Virus record (IMG/VR): IMGVR_UViG_2657245143_000002
Span: 24,344-88,343 of that record
DNA length: 64,000 nucleotides
Source: a virus
Lineage: Duplodnaviria; Caudoviricetes
Reading direction: 5' to 3' (one strand)
Shown: one piece after another, positions 49,812-58,749 of the stretch
Layout: each line of letters starts with the position of its first letter
Position numbering within the stretch: position 1 is the first letter of the stretch
Notes under the pieces: generated by a model
Seen by the model: the letters and a program-made list of their open reading frames with translations, nothing else
Told to the model about the DNA's origin: nothing
Databases searched by the model: none
Made by a program: the position numbers and the translations under genes

Positions 49812-49884
49812 AGGCACTTAGCTCAATCGGCAGAGCACCCGTTTGAAAGGCGGGAGGTTGCGCGTTCAAGCCGCGCGGTGCCCA
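49812..49884 (+). tRNA. tRNA-Phe(GAA)
   Basis: TAGCTCAATCGGCAGAGC, CCCGT-TT GAA AG-GCGGG, GTTCAAGC. Confidence 0.8.
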
Positions 49885-49887
49885 CCG

Positions 49888-49958
49888 GGGGCGTCCGTAT
49901 AGGCGGACCAACGGCCTTGCTGGGCTGCTGGTGCCACGTTCGATTCGTGGGGCGTCCA
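49888..49958 (+). pseudogene. Degenerate tRNA-like sequence
   Basis: Intact T-arm CCACG-TTCGATT-CGTGG and plausible acceptor stem; irregular D-arm and anticodon loop. Confidence 0.4.
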
Positions 49959-49959
49959 C

Positions 49960-50032
49960 TCCCGGATGGCGTAACCGGCAACGCGCCGCGCTTTGGACGC
50001 GGAGACCGAAGGTCCGAACCCTTCTCCGGGAA
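49960..50032 (+). tRNA. tRNA-Gln(TTG)
   Basis: TCCCGGA/TCCGGGA acceptor, CCGCG-CT TTG GA-CGCGG, T-loop TCCGAAC. Confidence 0.8.
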
Positions 50033-50157
50033 CTTGGCGGGCGCAGTCGCATGGCAATGCGGTTGCGACCGGACGGGGCTTTGGTGCGCCTCCGCCAAGG
50101 AAGCGCCATGTCCGCCACGAAGGTGCCCGGCTTGCAAGCGGGCGGCCGGCGGACGAT

Positions 50158-50228
50158 ACGGGTCAGGTCCAACGGCAGGACGGCGGTCTCCAAAACCGCA
50201 GACGGGTGTTCGACTCTCCCGGCCCGTG
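50158..50228 (+). tRNA. tRNA-Trp(CCA)
   Basis: GCGGT-CT CCA AA-ACCGC, GTTCGACTC. Confidence 0.8.
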
Positions 50229-50232
50229 CGAA

Positions 50233-50307
50233 GCTCCCAGCCCAACAGGTAGAGGCGGCGGCTCAAGGAGCCGTTCAGTTTCGGTCCGAATCCGAAGGGG
50301 AGCACCA
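50233..50307 (+). tRNA. tRNA-Leu(AAG)-like, short variable arm, slightly irregular 5' part
   Basis: GCTCCC/GGGAGC-ACCA, GCGGC-TC AAG GA-GCCGT anticodon arm. Confidence 0.55.
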
Positions 50308-50356
50308 GCCGCGCGTCGAGACGGAGTTTTCCAGATGAACAAATACGCGCGGCCCA

Positions 50357-50433
50357 GCCCAAGTGGCGCGGCAGGATAGCGCGGTCGCCCCCGAAGCGAC
50401 AGGCCGTCGGTTCGACTCCGGCCTTGGGCACCA
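50357..50433 (+). tRNA. tRNA-Arg(CCG)
   Basis: GCCCAAG/CTTGGGC-ACCA, GTCGC-CC CCG AA-GCGAC, GTTCGACTC. Confidence 0.8.
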
Positions 50434-50485
50434 GCCGCGCGTTGTCGATGAAATTTCCCCAGATGAAAGGATACGCGCGGCCTTT

Positions 50486-50561
50486 GCCGTCGTAGTTCAA
50501 TGAGCAGAACACCGCACCCGTAATGCGGAGGCTGCCGGTGCAAAACCGGCCGACGGCTCCA
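50486..50561 (+). tRNA. tRNA-Thr(CGT)
   Basis: GCCGTCG/CGACGGC-TCCA, CCGCA-CC CGT AA-TGCGG, atypical T-loop TGCAAAA. Confidence 0.8.
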
Positions 50562-50614
50562 AGCCCATCGACGCACAGCCCCTCTTGATCGAAAATCCGA
50601 CGGAAGGTGTCTCT

Positions 50615-50905
50615 ATGTCTCTCGAAACAGTCTCCGAAACCGGTCTGGGGGCCATGCTCGGCTTCCTCACGAGCGGCGGGTTCATCGCCGCCATGATCGT
50701 CGCGCTGGTGGTCTGCATCTCGCTCGCCGTCTTCATGGGCCGTGGCGGTCGCGGGGGCTGGTCGTGGTTCCTGCGGATTCTGTCGGGCATCATCGGCGTC
50801 GGCGTCGTGCTCTCCATCCTTCAGGCCCTCGGCATCCCGGCACTCGCCATCATCATCAACGCCTTCAACTGGCTGCTCGACAACTTGACCGTACCCGTCG
50901 TCTGA
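50615..50905 (+). CDS. Small two-TM membrane protein (pilin-like)
   Basis: MSLETVSE.., two hydrophobic helices. Confidence 0.6.
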   Translation: MSLETVSETGLGAMLGFLTSGGFIAAMIVALVVCISLAVFMGRGGRGGWSWFLRILSGIIGVGVVLSILQALGIPALAIIINAFNWLLDNLTVPVV

Positions 50906-50914
50906 GGCCGCCGC

Positions 50915-52005
50915 ATGGTTGCATCCAATAGCGCGAAGGGCGGCTTCAAGGGGCTGGCCGCCACCGTCGGCACCCTGTTCGTGGCCGTCTGCTGCGTCAT
51001 AGTATTCATCGTATCGGGGATGTGGTCCGGCGTGAGCGACCTCGCCAACCGCATCGCACCCGGCTACGGCGGCAACGGCACCACCGACGTGAACGCCGTG
51101 CCGGAGGCCATGCGCGGCACCGACGCCACGGGGCATTCGCTGCGCAGCGTCCTTGACGAGCTCGCCTCGACCCCGGCCACAGGCTCGATGACCCCGCAGC
51201 AGACCGAATCCCTGCGTCAGGCGCTCGACAAGCTGGACTCGCAGGCGGCCGGCGACCCCGCGAAGGCCACGAAGACCGAATCGCTGAGGCAGCGCCTCCG
51301 GTCGATTCTGAACCAGCAGCGGGCCAAGCAGTCCGAAGGCAAGGCGGACACCGCCGACGACGGGCGGAAGACGCACCAAGATGCACCGAAATACACCGAT
51401 GTGTACGGCGGCGACTGGAGCCTCGCCATCGCGGACCTCGACACGCTGAAGGTCGTCAAGGCCGAACCGCAGGGCTACGACCGCGACAAGCGCTTCCTCT
51501 CCTCGTGGGGCGACGCCGAGATCGAGGGCTGCGATGCCAAGCCGAACAAGGCCACGACCCGCGACCTCATACTCAGACGCGACCTGACCGACACGAAGCT
51601 CGACAAATACTGCCGCGTCGTCTCCGGCACATTGGACGACCCGTACACCGGCAGGAAGATCGCTTTCACGCGCGGCAAGCACAGCGCGGACGTCCAGATC
51701 GACCACCGCGTCAGCCTCGTGGAGGCATGGGCGCTCGGAGCCGACGAATGGACGGACGAACAGCGCAACAGGTTCGCCAACGACCCCGCCGAGCTCGTCG
51801 CCTCGGACGGCCCCGCCAACATGGAGAAATCCGGCGGCTTCGACTTCGACGCGAAGAGCGACCCCGTGTGGCTCCCGTCCAACAAGGCGTATGCGTGCCC
51901 TTACCTCGCCTCGCGTGTGTCCGTGAAGAAGACCTACGGCCTCGGCGTGACCGAGGCGAGAAGGCCCAGACCGAACGCGAGCTGCAAGGCTGCATCGCGG
52001 GGTGA
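50915..52005 (+). CDS. Membrane-anchored DUF1524 (His-Me finger) extracellular nuclease; probable frameshift near 51955
   Basis: TRDLILRRDL..DPYTG..VQIDHRVSL..AW..FANDP..N.EKS..WLP.N; C-terminus EKAQTERELQGC lies in another frame. Confidence 0.8.
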
Positions 52006-52011
52006 TTCTTC

Positions 52012-52725
52012 TTGGCGAAGCATGCTGACACGACCTTGAGGAGACGCAGGGCGTTCGCCGCCCTGCTTCTGACACCCCTGCTCGCGCTTGCCGCGGGCAC
52101 CGCCTGCGTGGCGGCGAACCGGCCACCAGCCGTGGCCTCCGCGACCGAGATGTCGGACTTCGACGGCGACGGCCCGCAGCAGACCAAGACGAGGCCCGCC
52201 GACGCCGCATCCCGCTCCAGCGAGAGGACGCCCGTGGGCGGCGGCTCGTGGGACTTGGGCGACGACATCGACGCCGAACACCTCACCCGCATCATGGCGC
52301 ACAACGACAAGGTGTCCGCGATGATCGACGCGGACGGCGACGCGGTGCCCACGGACTTCGACCCGAACCACACGGTCGAGGACGTCGGCAACATGTACGC
52401 CGCAGCGAACTGCACTTGGGGCGCATACGAGAAGCGGCACGAGATGGGGTTGCCCGTCTCCTCGTGGCTCGGCAACGGCGCGGACTGGTACGACAGCGCC
52501 AAGGCCGAGGGCTACTGGGTCGGCACGCAGCCGAGGCATGTGGGCGACATCATCTCGTTCAAGCGGGGCCAGTTCGGCGCATCGGCCGTCTACGGGCACG
52601 TCGCGGTCATATCCAAGCTGGACGGCGACGGCTCGTTCGAGACCATCGAGATGGGCGACGGACGGTGGTTCTCAAGGCACTTCACCGCCGAGCAGGGAAG
52701 GACGCTCAGATACGTCTACTTCTAA
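52012..52725 (+). CDS. Secreted CHAP-domain amidase
   Basis: NCTWGA..LGNGADW..GDIISF..YGHVAVI. Confidence 0.85.
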   Translation: MAKHADTTLRRRRAFAALLLTPLLALAAGTACVAANRPPAVASATEMSDFDGDGPQQTKTRPADAASRSSERTPVGGGSWDLGDDIDAEHLTRIMAHNDKVSAMIDADGDAVPTDFDPNHTVEDVGNMYAAANCTWGAYEKRHEMGLPVSSWLGNGADWYDSAKAEGYWVGTQPRHVGDIISFKRGQFGASAVYGHVAVISKLDGDGSFETIEMGDGRWFSRHFTAEQGRTLRYVYF

Positions 52726-52908
52726 ATGGTCTCCGTTCGTGGTGCTCCGGTTGCTGGAAAAGCAGGAAAATCTCACGCATACATCCGGTTTCCACCGGTA
52801 ATTGACCCTGCAATCGGTCATCGCACCCCAATTAAAACCGAAAATACGGCAATCCGCGCCATGCCCTCCATAGAAGGTCAGACCGAATGTCACGAAAGGA
52901 AGACCACG

Positions 52909-53295
52909 ATGGCATCGCAAGAATCGGAGACCAAGCTCCACGACTGGTTCCTCAAGTCCGCTCAGGAAGCCTTGAAGACCCGTGAGCCCGGCTGTTGGTA
53001 CCACGTTCTCACAGATCAGGGCTCTTGCTACCCGAATGACACATGGGCGCTTGCGATAGGCTGGCTGCCGGACGAGGAAGCGCCGGACGGATATTCCGCT
53101 TACGCCGGCGTCGTATTCCAACCGGTGAACTCCATCATGCAGTGCGACCTTGATGTGGACTGGCAGATGCCGGTTCTCGACAATGGTGAGGTTGACGACA
53201 CCGAGACCTGCATCGAGGGCTTGTCGGTCGGTGGCCTCGAATCCACGTTCGACTGGCTGCTCAAAGTAGCCGAGTCCTACGGGTTGACGGCTTGA
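52909..53295 (+). CDS. Acidic hypothetical protein
   Basis: AAAGGA RBS and motif A upstream. Confidence 0.6.
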   Translation: MASQESETKLHDWFLKSAQEALKTREPGCWYHVLTDQGSCYPNDTWALAIGWLPDEEAPDGYSAYAGVVFQPVNSIMQCDLDVDWQMPVLDNGEVDDTETCIEGLSVGGLESTFDWLLKVAESYGLTA

Positions 53296-53376
53296 GATTT
53301 CCAATAGGAGGCTCCCGGCGCGGAGGCATTGCACAGTCTTAGTCGAATGAACGAACCCTCAAGATGGAGGCGCAAC

Positions 53377-54177
53377 ATGAAGCCGATTCCCGACATGGGG
53401 CTTTTCTTCCGCACCGAGGTGGGCAATCTGGTCGCGGACAACGAGTACTGGGCGACCCTCGTGGGAGGGGAGACGGCACCGAACCCGTCGCTGGTGGCGG
53501 TCACGCCCAGCGCCTCGGTCCCGGTGCCGGACTACTCCGCCTACGGCGAGGAGCACGACCGTTCGCTGGCCCTCTACCAGTTGCCGTACCCGTATCTGCC
53601 ACCCGTGGCTTGGGGAAGGCAGTTGGGCGAGCCGATGGCCGTCTACCAGACCCGCGTGCTGATCGAGCTCGCCATGCTCGACCTGCTCTCCGTTGACCCG
53701 GCGAGCCGCCGCTTGCAGGCCGTCGCCGTGGTGGACGCCGACACCATCACCTCGCAGGGCGAGCAGGCCGCCGCTTGGCTGGGCGGCGGGGACTGGGACA
53801 CCGGCGACCGGCTCGCCAAGGCGTTCGACGCCCGTTTCGCGGCCACGTTCGCCAACGGCGACGGCGACCAGAGCAAGGTGGGTCTGGCCGACCTCGTTCC
53901 GCTGAGCCGCGAGATCGCCTCCCGTGGCGAGGACGCCTCGCTGGCGATGATGGTCCGCAACATCGCGGTGCATGCCAAGGCGGGCGAGGACGTGTCCGGC
54001 GACGTCGCCGTGCTGTCCTACTGGATACCTGAGCTGCCCGGCATGAAACCGGACGACATGCTGGAGGACTGGCGCGGGCACGCCGACGAGACCCGCGAGT
54101 ACATCGGGTTCCTTCAGGACCTCGGGTTGCAGGCCGAGGGCAGCGTCGAGACGCTTGACGCCGCCGACATGGACTGA
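53377..54177 (+). CDS. Hypothetical protein
   Basis: GGAGG RBS; GCACAG upstream. Confidence 0.65.
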   Translation: MKPIPDMGLFFRTEVGNLVADNEYWATLVGGETAPNPSLVAVTPSASVPVPDYSAYGEEHDRSLALYQLPYPYLPPVAWGRQLGEPMAVYQTRVLIELAMLDLLSVDPASRRLQAVAVVDADTITSQGEQAAAWLGGGDWDTGDRLAKAFDARFAATFANGDGDQSKVGLADLVPLSREIASRGEDASLAMMVRNIAVHAKAGEDVSGDVAVLSYWIPELPGMKPDDMLEDWRGHADETREYIGFLQDLGLQAEGSVETLDAADMD

Positions 54178-54192
54178 CCTCTTCCACAAAAG

Positions 54193-54222
54193 AAAGACCA
54201 CCGTTTCGCAACGGTGGTCTTT
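54193..54222. terminator. Bidirectional terminator
   Basis: AAAGACCACCGTT/AACGGTGGTCTTT. Confidence 0.7.
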
Positions 54223-54228
54223 TGTCGC

Positions 54229-55173
54229 TCAGCTCGCCTTGGCGAAGCCGCTCGCCGCCGCGACCCTCCGCATGGCGCTGCCCGCGTCGCGCAGCCTGTC
54301 GAGGCCACGGCGCTCGTCCTCGGCCCTCCGGGCCGCCGAGACCATCCAGTCCGGCGCGGGGGAGCGGAGCAGCAGCCCGCGGTTCCCGACGGCCCGGTCG
54401 CCCAGACCCTTGCTGAGCCAGTTGGCGACGGTCCTTTTCGCGTCGCCGCGCACCGTTCCCTTCGGGTTCTCCGACCGGAGCCTCTTCGCCGCGAGGGTGA
54501 ACCTCTTGCAGCGGGCCTCGAATCCGTCGTCCAAGGGCAGCGTCGCCTTGCGGGCGCAGGCCCAGAGCCAAGGGTTCGACCAGTCCTCGACGGGTATGCC
54601 CGCGCGGTCGAACGACCGCATGAGCATGTGGACCGACCCGCGCTTGGCCCTGTACTCGTCCTTCGGAATCTCACCCCTGCGTTCCGGGCAGAGCCACGCC
54701 AGACCCTTGTGGAACTCCTCGCGGTGCTGCGCCGCCAATTCCACGCCGTCGAACCTGATGCTTCCCGCGTCGTCCCAGTCGTGGCTCGTCAGGTGCCACT
54801 CGTGGCAGGTGGGGCATCGGTAGTAGGACCTCTCGTGGCGTCGCGGGTCGATGGCGCTGTTCCGTCGGACTATCGCAAGGGCCTTGGCCGCGTTGTCCTC
54901 GCTGGGGTACGCGACCTTCCCGGTGTGCGGGCACAGGCCGTCCGACAGGCTGCGGGGCACCGGCTCGTATCCCAGCGAGTCGGACCCGCGCAGGGTGGGC
55001 CTCGCCCCGATCTCGACCCCCTCCATGAGTCCGCCGTCGCCCGGCAGACCGACCGCCACGTCGCCGTCGGCCGTCTCGCCCGCGTCGGTCAGGTCGCCCA
55101 CCGAATCGAGGGGGCCTCCGTCCTCGTCCGCGAACCTCCCGTTGGGCTCGCGCCTTCTGTTGCTGACATCCAT
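54229..55173 (-). CDS. Leader-tagged protein 8 (variant tag) with C2H-type Zn-finger domain
   Basis: MDVSNRRREPNGRFA..SVGDL; CPHTGKVAY..YRCPTCHEWHLTS. Confidence 0.7.
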   Translation of the reverse strand: MDVSNRRREPNGRFADEDGGPLDSVGDLTDAGETADGDVAVGLPGDGGLMEGVEIGARPTLRGSDSLGYEPVPRSLSDGLCPHTGKVAYPSEDNAAKALAIVRRNSAIDPRRHERSYYRCPTCHEWHLTSHDWDDAGSIRFDGVELAAQHREEFHKGLAWLCPERRGEIPKDEYRAKRGSVHMLMRSFDRAGIPVEDWSNPWLWACARKATLPLDDGFEARCKRFTLAAKRLRSENPKGTVRGDAKRTVANWLSKGLGDRAVGNRGLLLRSPAPDWMVSAARRAEDERRGLDRLRDAGSAMRRVAAASGFAKAS

Positions 55174-55308
55174 AATCCGCCTTTCGACGGAGCCCGCATG
55201 GCGCGGACTCCACCGTGGGCTGTCCGGCAGGCCGTTCGCACAGTCCATGCCGAAAGGTCTGCCGGACCGTCTGTGCGCGTCAGCGCCTTCCGGCAGGAGT
55301 CAACCGCT

Positions 55309-57186
55309 ATGAACAAAGGACTGAAGAAAGGTCTGGGCGCTCTGGCCGCCGTCGCATCGCTGCTCGCCCTCGGCCCGCTGGCCGCAGCCAACGCCACGCA
55401 ACCGACGCGGACACGCATCGACGCCTTCGCCAACGACGGCACCATCGCCGTCGAATCGGCGGACGGCAGGACCGACATCTCGAAGCACACCATCAACGCC
55501 TACCTGCTCGCGCCGTACACCTCCGCGGTGGCGACCGGAGACACCCTGAACGAGTACGCCGTGTCCACCGGCACCGGCTACGCCGACAAGGTGACCGCAG
55601 CCGTCAAGGCCGCGTTCCCCGACGCCGACAAGGGTGCGGACGGCTGGCAGGTGGCTCTGGGCGACGCCACCACGACACTGGACGAGGCCAACCCGATGGA
55701 TTGGGTCGCCCGCAACCTGCTTGACTCGGACGCCTCCCCTTGGGCGGGCGGACTGCGCGACTTCGTGACCAAGCTGACCGCATCGCTGAAGGAGAACAAC
55801 GCCTTCCCCGCCGGTGCCAAGACGCTGACCCCGACCGCAGGCGCACCCACCAAGCAGACCGCGGACGGCCTGACTCCGGGCGTCTACCTGATTCTCGACA
55901 CCGCCATCGGCTCCGAATCAGCCGCCCCGTCGCTGGCCGGCACCACGTTCGGCACCGTGACCAAGTACAGCTTCGCCAAGGATGGACAGGCCCAGCCGGC
56001 CACCGGCGACCTCGGCAAGGTCGAGTACAAGGTGCTGCCGTATGAGACCGCCAAGACCATCGAGTCCGTCAGGGGCTCCGCGACCGCCGAGGTCGCGGAC
56101 GACAGGGCCAGCGCCAAGGCGAACATCGGTGACGTCATCAACTACCGCGTGCAGGTCGGCCCGATCTGGACCACCGGCTACGACGCCGGACGCACCCTCA
56201 AGGCCAGCGACAGCCTGAACGCCGGACAGACGTTCGACATCTCCAGCGTGAAGGCGTACACCTACGACGCCCCGGCGAACGGCGGCGCTCTGGACGAGGC
56301 CACCAAGCAGGCCCTCGTCCCCGCCAAGGCCGACAGGGACGGGAACCGCACCGTCTGGGCCCTTGACGACAAGGGCACCAAGGCCGACTACTCCGTGACC
56401 GCCACCAAGGGCGGCGACGGCACCACGGTCGCCTTCGGCTTCTACAATGAGAACAACCTGCTCGACGCCGACGCCGCGAAGTTCGAGGGCAAGGTCGTGG
56501 TGCTCGAATACTCCGCCAAGCTCAACAGGAACGCCGTCATCGGCGGCACCGGCAACGAGAACGCCGTCACTTGGACCATCGGCAGCAACCCGCAGGACCC
56601 GGCCAGCACCGAAAAGAGGACCGACAAGACCCATGTCTACACATCCTCCGTCCGCATCGCCAAGATCGACAACGCCACCAAGGCCGCCATCGACGGTGCC
56701 GAGTTCGGCGTCACGGACAAGGACGGCAAGGCCGTCAGGTTCACGAAGCTGGACGACGGCACCTACGCCGTGGCCGACTCCACCGACAAGTCCGCGCTCG
56801 ACCGCATCACCGTCAACAGCAAGACGCTGAACGGCGGCGCGACCACCATCAAGGGCCTGTACGGCGGGGACTACACCTTCACCGAGGCCAAGGCCCCGAA
56901 GGGCTACATCGGTCTGCTGCTGCCCTCCTTCAAGGTGAGCGCCACCCTTGACGAGGGGAACGGCAACGCCGCGAAGATGAACGTCACCGATCTGGGCGCA
57001 TCCCGCCTCGTGTCCTTCGACGCCAAGGCCGACGCCAACGCGGGCCGCGTCACCGTCGCCAACGCGAAGAGCCTCAAGGACCTGCCGAAGACGGGTGCCG
57101 CCGGCATCGCGCTGATGTCCTCGGTCGCCGCAGTCCTCATGGCATGCGGAACGGCCCTGATTCTGTCGCGCAAGCGCCGCGCGTAA
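55309..57186 (+). CDS. Sortase-dependent major pilin (SpaH/FimA-like)
   Basis: Signal peptide, IGDVINY, YSAKLN..N, E-box YTFTEAKAPKGY, LPKTG + TM + basic tail. Confidence 0.9.
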   Translation: MNKGLKKGLGALAAVASLLALGPLAAANATQPTRTRIDAFANDGTIAVESADGRTDISKHTINAYLLAPYTSAVATGDTLNEYAVSTGTGYADKVTAAVKAAFPDADKGADGWQVALGDATTTLDEANPMDWVARNLLDSDASPWAGGLRDFVTKLTASLKENNAFPAGAKTLTPTAGAPTKQTADGLTPGVYLILDTAIGSESAAPSLAGTTFGTVTKYSFAKDGQAQPATGDLGKVEYKVLPYETAKTIESVRGSATAEVADDRASAKANIGDVINYRVQVGPIWTTGYDAGRTLKASDSLNAGQTFDISSVKAYTYDAPANGGALDEATKQALVPAKADRDGNRTVWALDDKGTKADYSVTATKGGDGTTVAFGFYNENNLLDADAAKFEGKVVVLEYSAKLNRNAVIGGTGNENAVTWTIGSNPQDPASTEKRTDKTHVYTSSVRIAKIDNATKAAIDGAEFGVTDKDGKAVRFTKLDDGTYAVADSTDKSALDRITVNSKTLNGGATTIKGLYGGDYTFTEAKAPKGYIGLLLPSFKVSATLDEGNGNAAKMNVTDLGASRLVSFDAKADANAGRVTVANAKSLKDLPKTGAAGIALMSSVAAVLMACGTALILSRKRRA

Positions 57187-57206
57187 AACGACCTCCGGGG
57201 CACAGA

Positions 57207-58571
57207 CCGTTGTAGATGACTTTGTTTTAGCTTGTCGCTAGAGCGAAGTCATCTGCATGGCCTCGTTGCCAAGGCCAGCTCCAAGCCTCACGCGACTCTC
57301 GCCGCCGCTTGGTTCACGCTTCATCGGATGCCGCGTTGCCCGACGCGATGCGTCGGCCCGTCTTCCGCTTCCTCCACGCGCGTTTAACGTCTCCGGGGCA
57401 CTCCCGGCGACTTGGATGTTGATGGCCGCGTTCAGGTCGCGGTCCATGTCAAGTCCGCACTTGTCGCAATGGTAGACGCGCTCGGACAGGGACAGTTTGG
57501 CTTTCACCGTCCCGCAGTTCGAGCACGTCTTCGAGCTTGGACACCAGCGGTCGATGACATGGAGCCTCGCGCCGGTGCGTGCGGTTTTGTAGGTCAGTTG
57601 GCGTCGGAACTCCGCGAAGGAGGCGTCCGCGACGGCCTGCGCCAGATGATGATTGCGCAGCATGCCCGCCACGTTCAGGTCCTCGATGCAGACGTCCGAC
57701 CAAGACTTGGCTATCGCCGTGGTCAGCTTATGCATCGAGTCCGACCGCAGGTCGGAGACCCGCTTATATGTCTTGGCGACGCGCAATCGAGCCTTCGCCC
57801 GACGGTTCGAGCCTTTGGTCTTACGGCTCAGATTCCGCTGCTCGTACCTGAGCTTGCGCAGGTTGCGTCTGAGCGCGTGTGGGTTGTGCGCTACGGTGCC
57901 GTCCGACAGCGTTGCCAGTTCCTTGACGCCAAGGTCAATGCCGACCGTGCCACCCTTCAGTGGACTCTTCGGTTCGGCATCCGGTTTTTCAACGCAGATA
58001 CTCGCATGCCAGCGTCCGGCCCGTTGCGAGATGGTCATGCGGACGATCTTGGCGTCACCGACGCGCTTGGCGACGTTCTCGAAGCAGTGGACGCGGCCGA
58101 TCTTCGGGAGTTTTAGTGCGTATGGGTCGTGGTCGATGATGCCGAACGAGCCGGTCGTGTACGCGAATCTGGGAACTGCCTTGTCCTTGGATTTGAAGCG
58201 TGGGAAGCCCATCCTGCGGCCTTTCCGCTGCCCCTTGCGGGACTTGGAGAAGTTCTTCAGGGCGTTGGCCAATGATTCGAGGCCACTGTTGTATGCCTCC
58301 TTGCTGTTCTCGGGCCACCAGACCTCGCCGGACTCCTCGTTGAGCGTCAGCGCGTCTTTCGCTGAGTTCCACCAGTTGCGGAGCGAATAAAAAGACCAGC
58401 CTTGCTTCTCTCCGGCCATGTAAGAGTCTTTTATGTGCGAGAGCGTCACGTTGTATGCGAACCGTGCCGCGCCCGCGTGGCTCTCAAGCCGGCGAGACTG
58501 GCACGGTGTTGGGTCCAAGGCGACCTTGACGGCTTCATACATGCGTGGCTCCTTTATGAGAAGGACTGTGC
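57207..58571 (-). mobile_element. Non-autonomous IS607/IS605-type tnpB element (left end uncertain)
   Basis: Right end ...CTACAACGG at 57207 on the minus strand; no tnpA; lies between pilin and sortase. Confidence 0.6.
57238..58542 (-). CDS. tnpB: RNA-guided endonuclease TnpB
   Basis: MYEAVKVALDP..AGAARFAYN; RuvC GIDLG, IEDL, DRDLNAA; Zn finger CSNC..CDKC. Confidence 0.93.
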   Translation of the reverse strand: MYEAVKVALDPTPCQSRRLESHAGAARFAYNVTLSHIKDSYMAGEKQGWSFYSLRNWWNSAKDALTLNEESGEVWWPENSKEAYNSGLESLANALKNFSKSRKGQRKGRRMGFPRFKSKDKAVPRFAYTTGSFGIIDHDPYALKLPKIGRVHCFENVAKRVGDAKIVRMTISQRAGRWHASICVEKPDAEPKSPLKGGTVGIDLGVKELATLSDGTVAHNPHALRRNLRKLRYEQRNLSRKTKGSNRRAKARLRVAKTYKRVSDLRSDSMHKLTTAIAKSWSDVCIEDLNVAGMLRNHHLAQAVADASFAEFRRQLTYKTARTGARLHVIDRWCPSSKTCSNCGTVKAKLSLSERVYHCDKCGLDMDRDLNAAINIQVAGSAPETLNARGGSGRRADASRRATRHPMKREPSGGESRVRLGAGLGNEAMQMTSL

Positions 58572-58749
58572 AAAACGAACGGCGGAAACACGCATATGAA
58601 AAAGGGGCTCCCCGAAAGGAACCCTTTCTGCGACGTGAACAGCTGAACTTGGAGGACAACATGGACCCGAGACCCCTTCGGAAGCCAAGGCCACGGTTCC
58701 GGGTTCCCCCGGTCGTGGCCTTTTCCATCGCTCGCTTGGAAGGCGGATT

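Larger units (their letters stand above)
2863..55209. promoter_or_regulatory. Dispersed motif A (WWTCCGCRCCATGC), about 19 intergenic copies
   Basis: Copies at 2863, 3232, 4558, 4619, 5632, 6015, 9173, 10283, 11175, 14329, 23912, 24845, 55196 (minus) and 33943, 35848, 36957, 45594, 47986, 52851 (plus); all co-oriented with the downstream gene. Confidence 0.8.
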
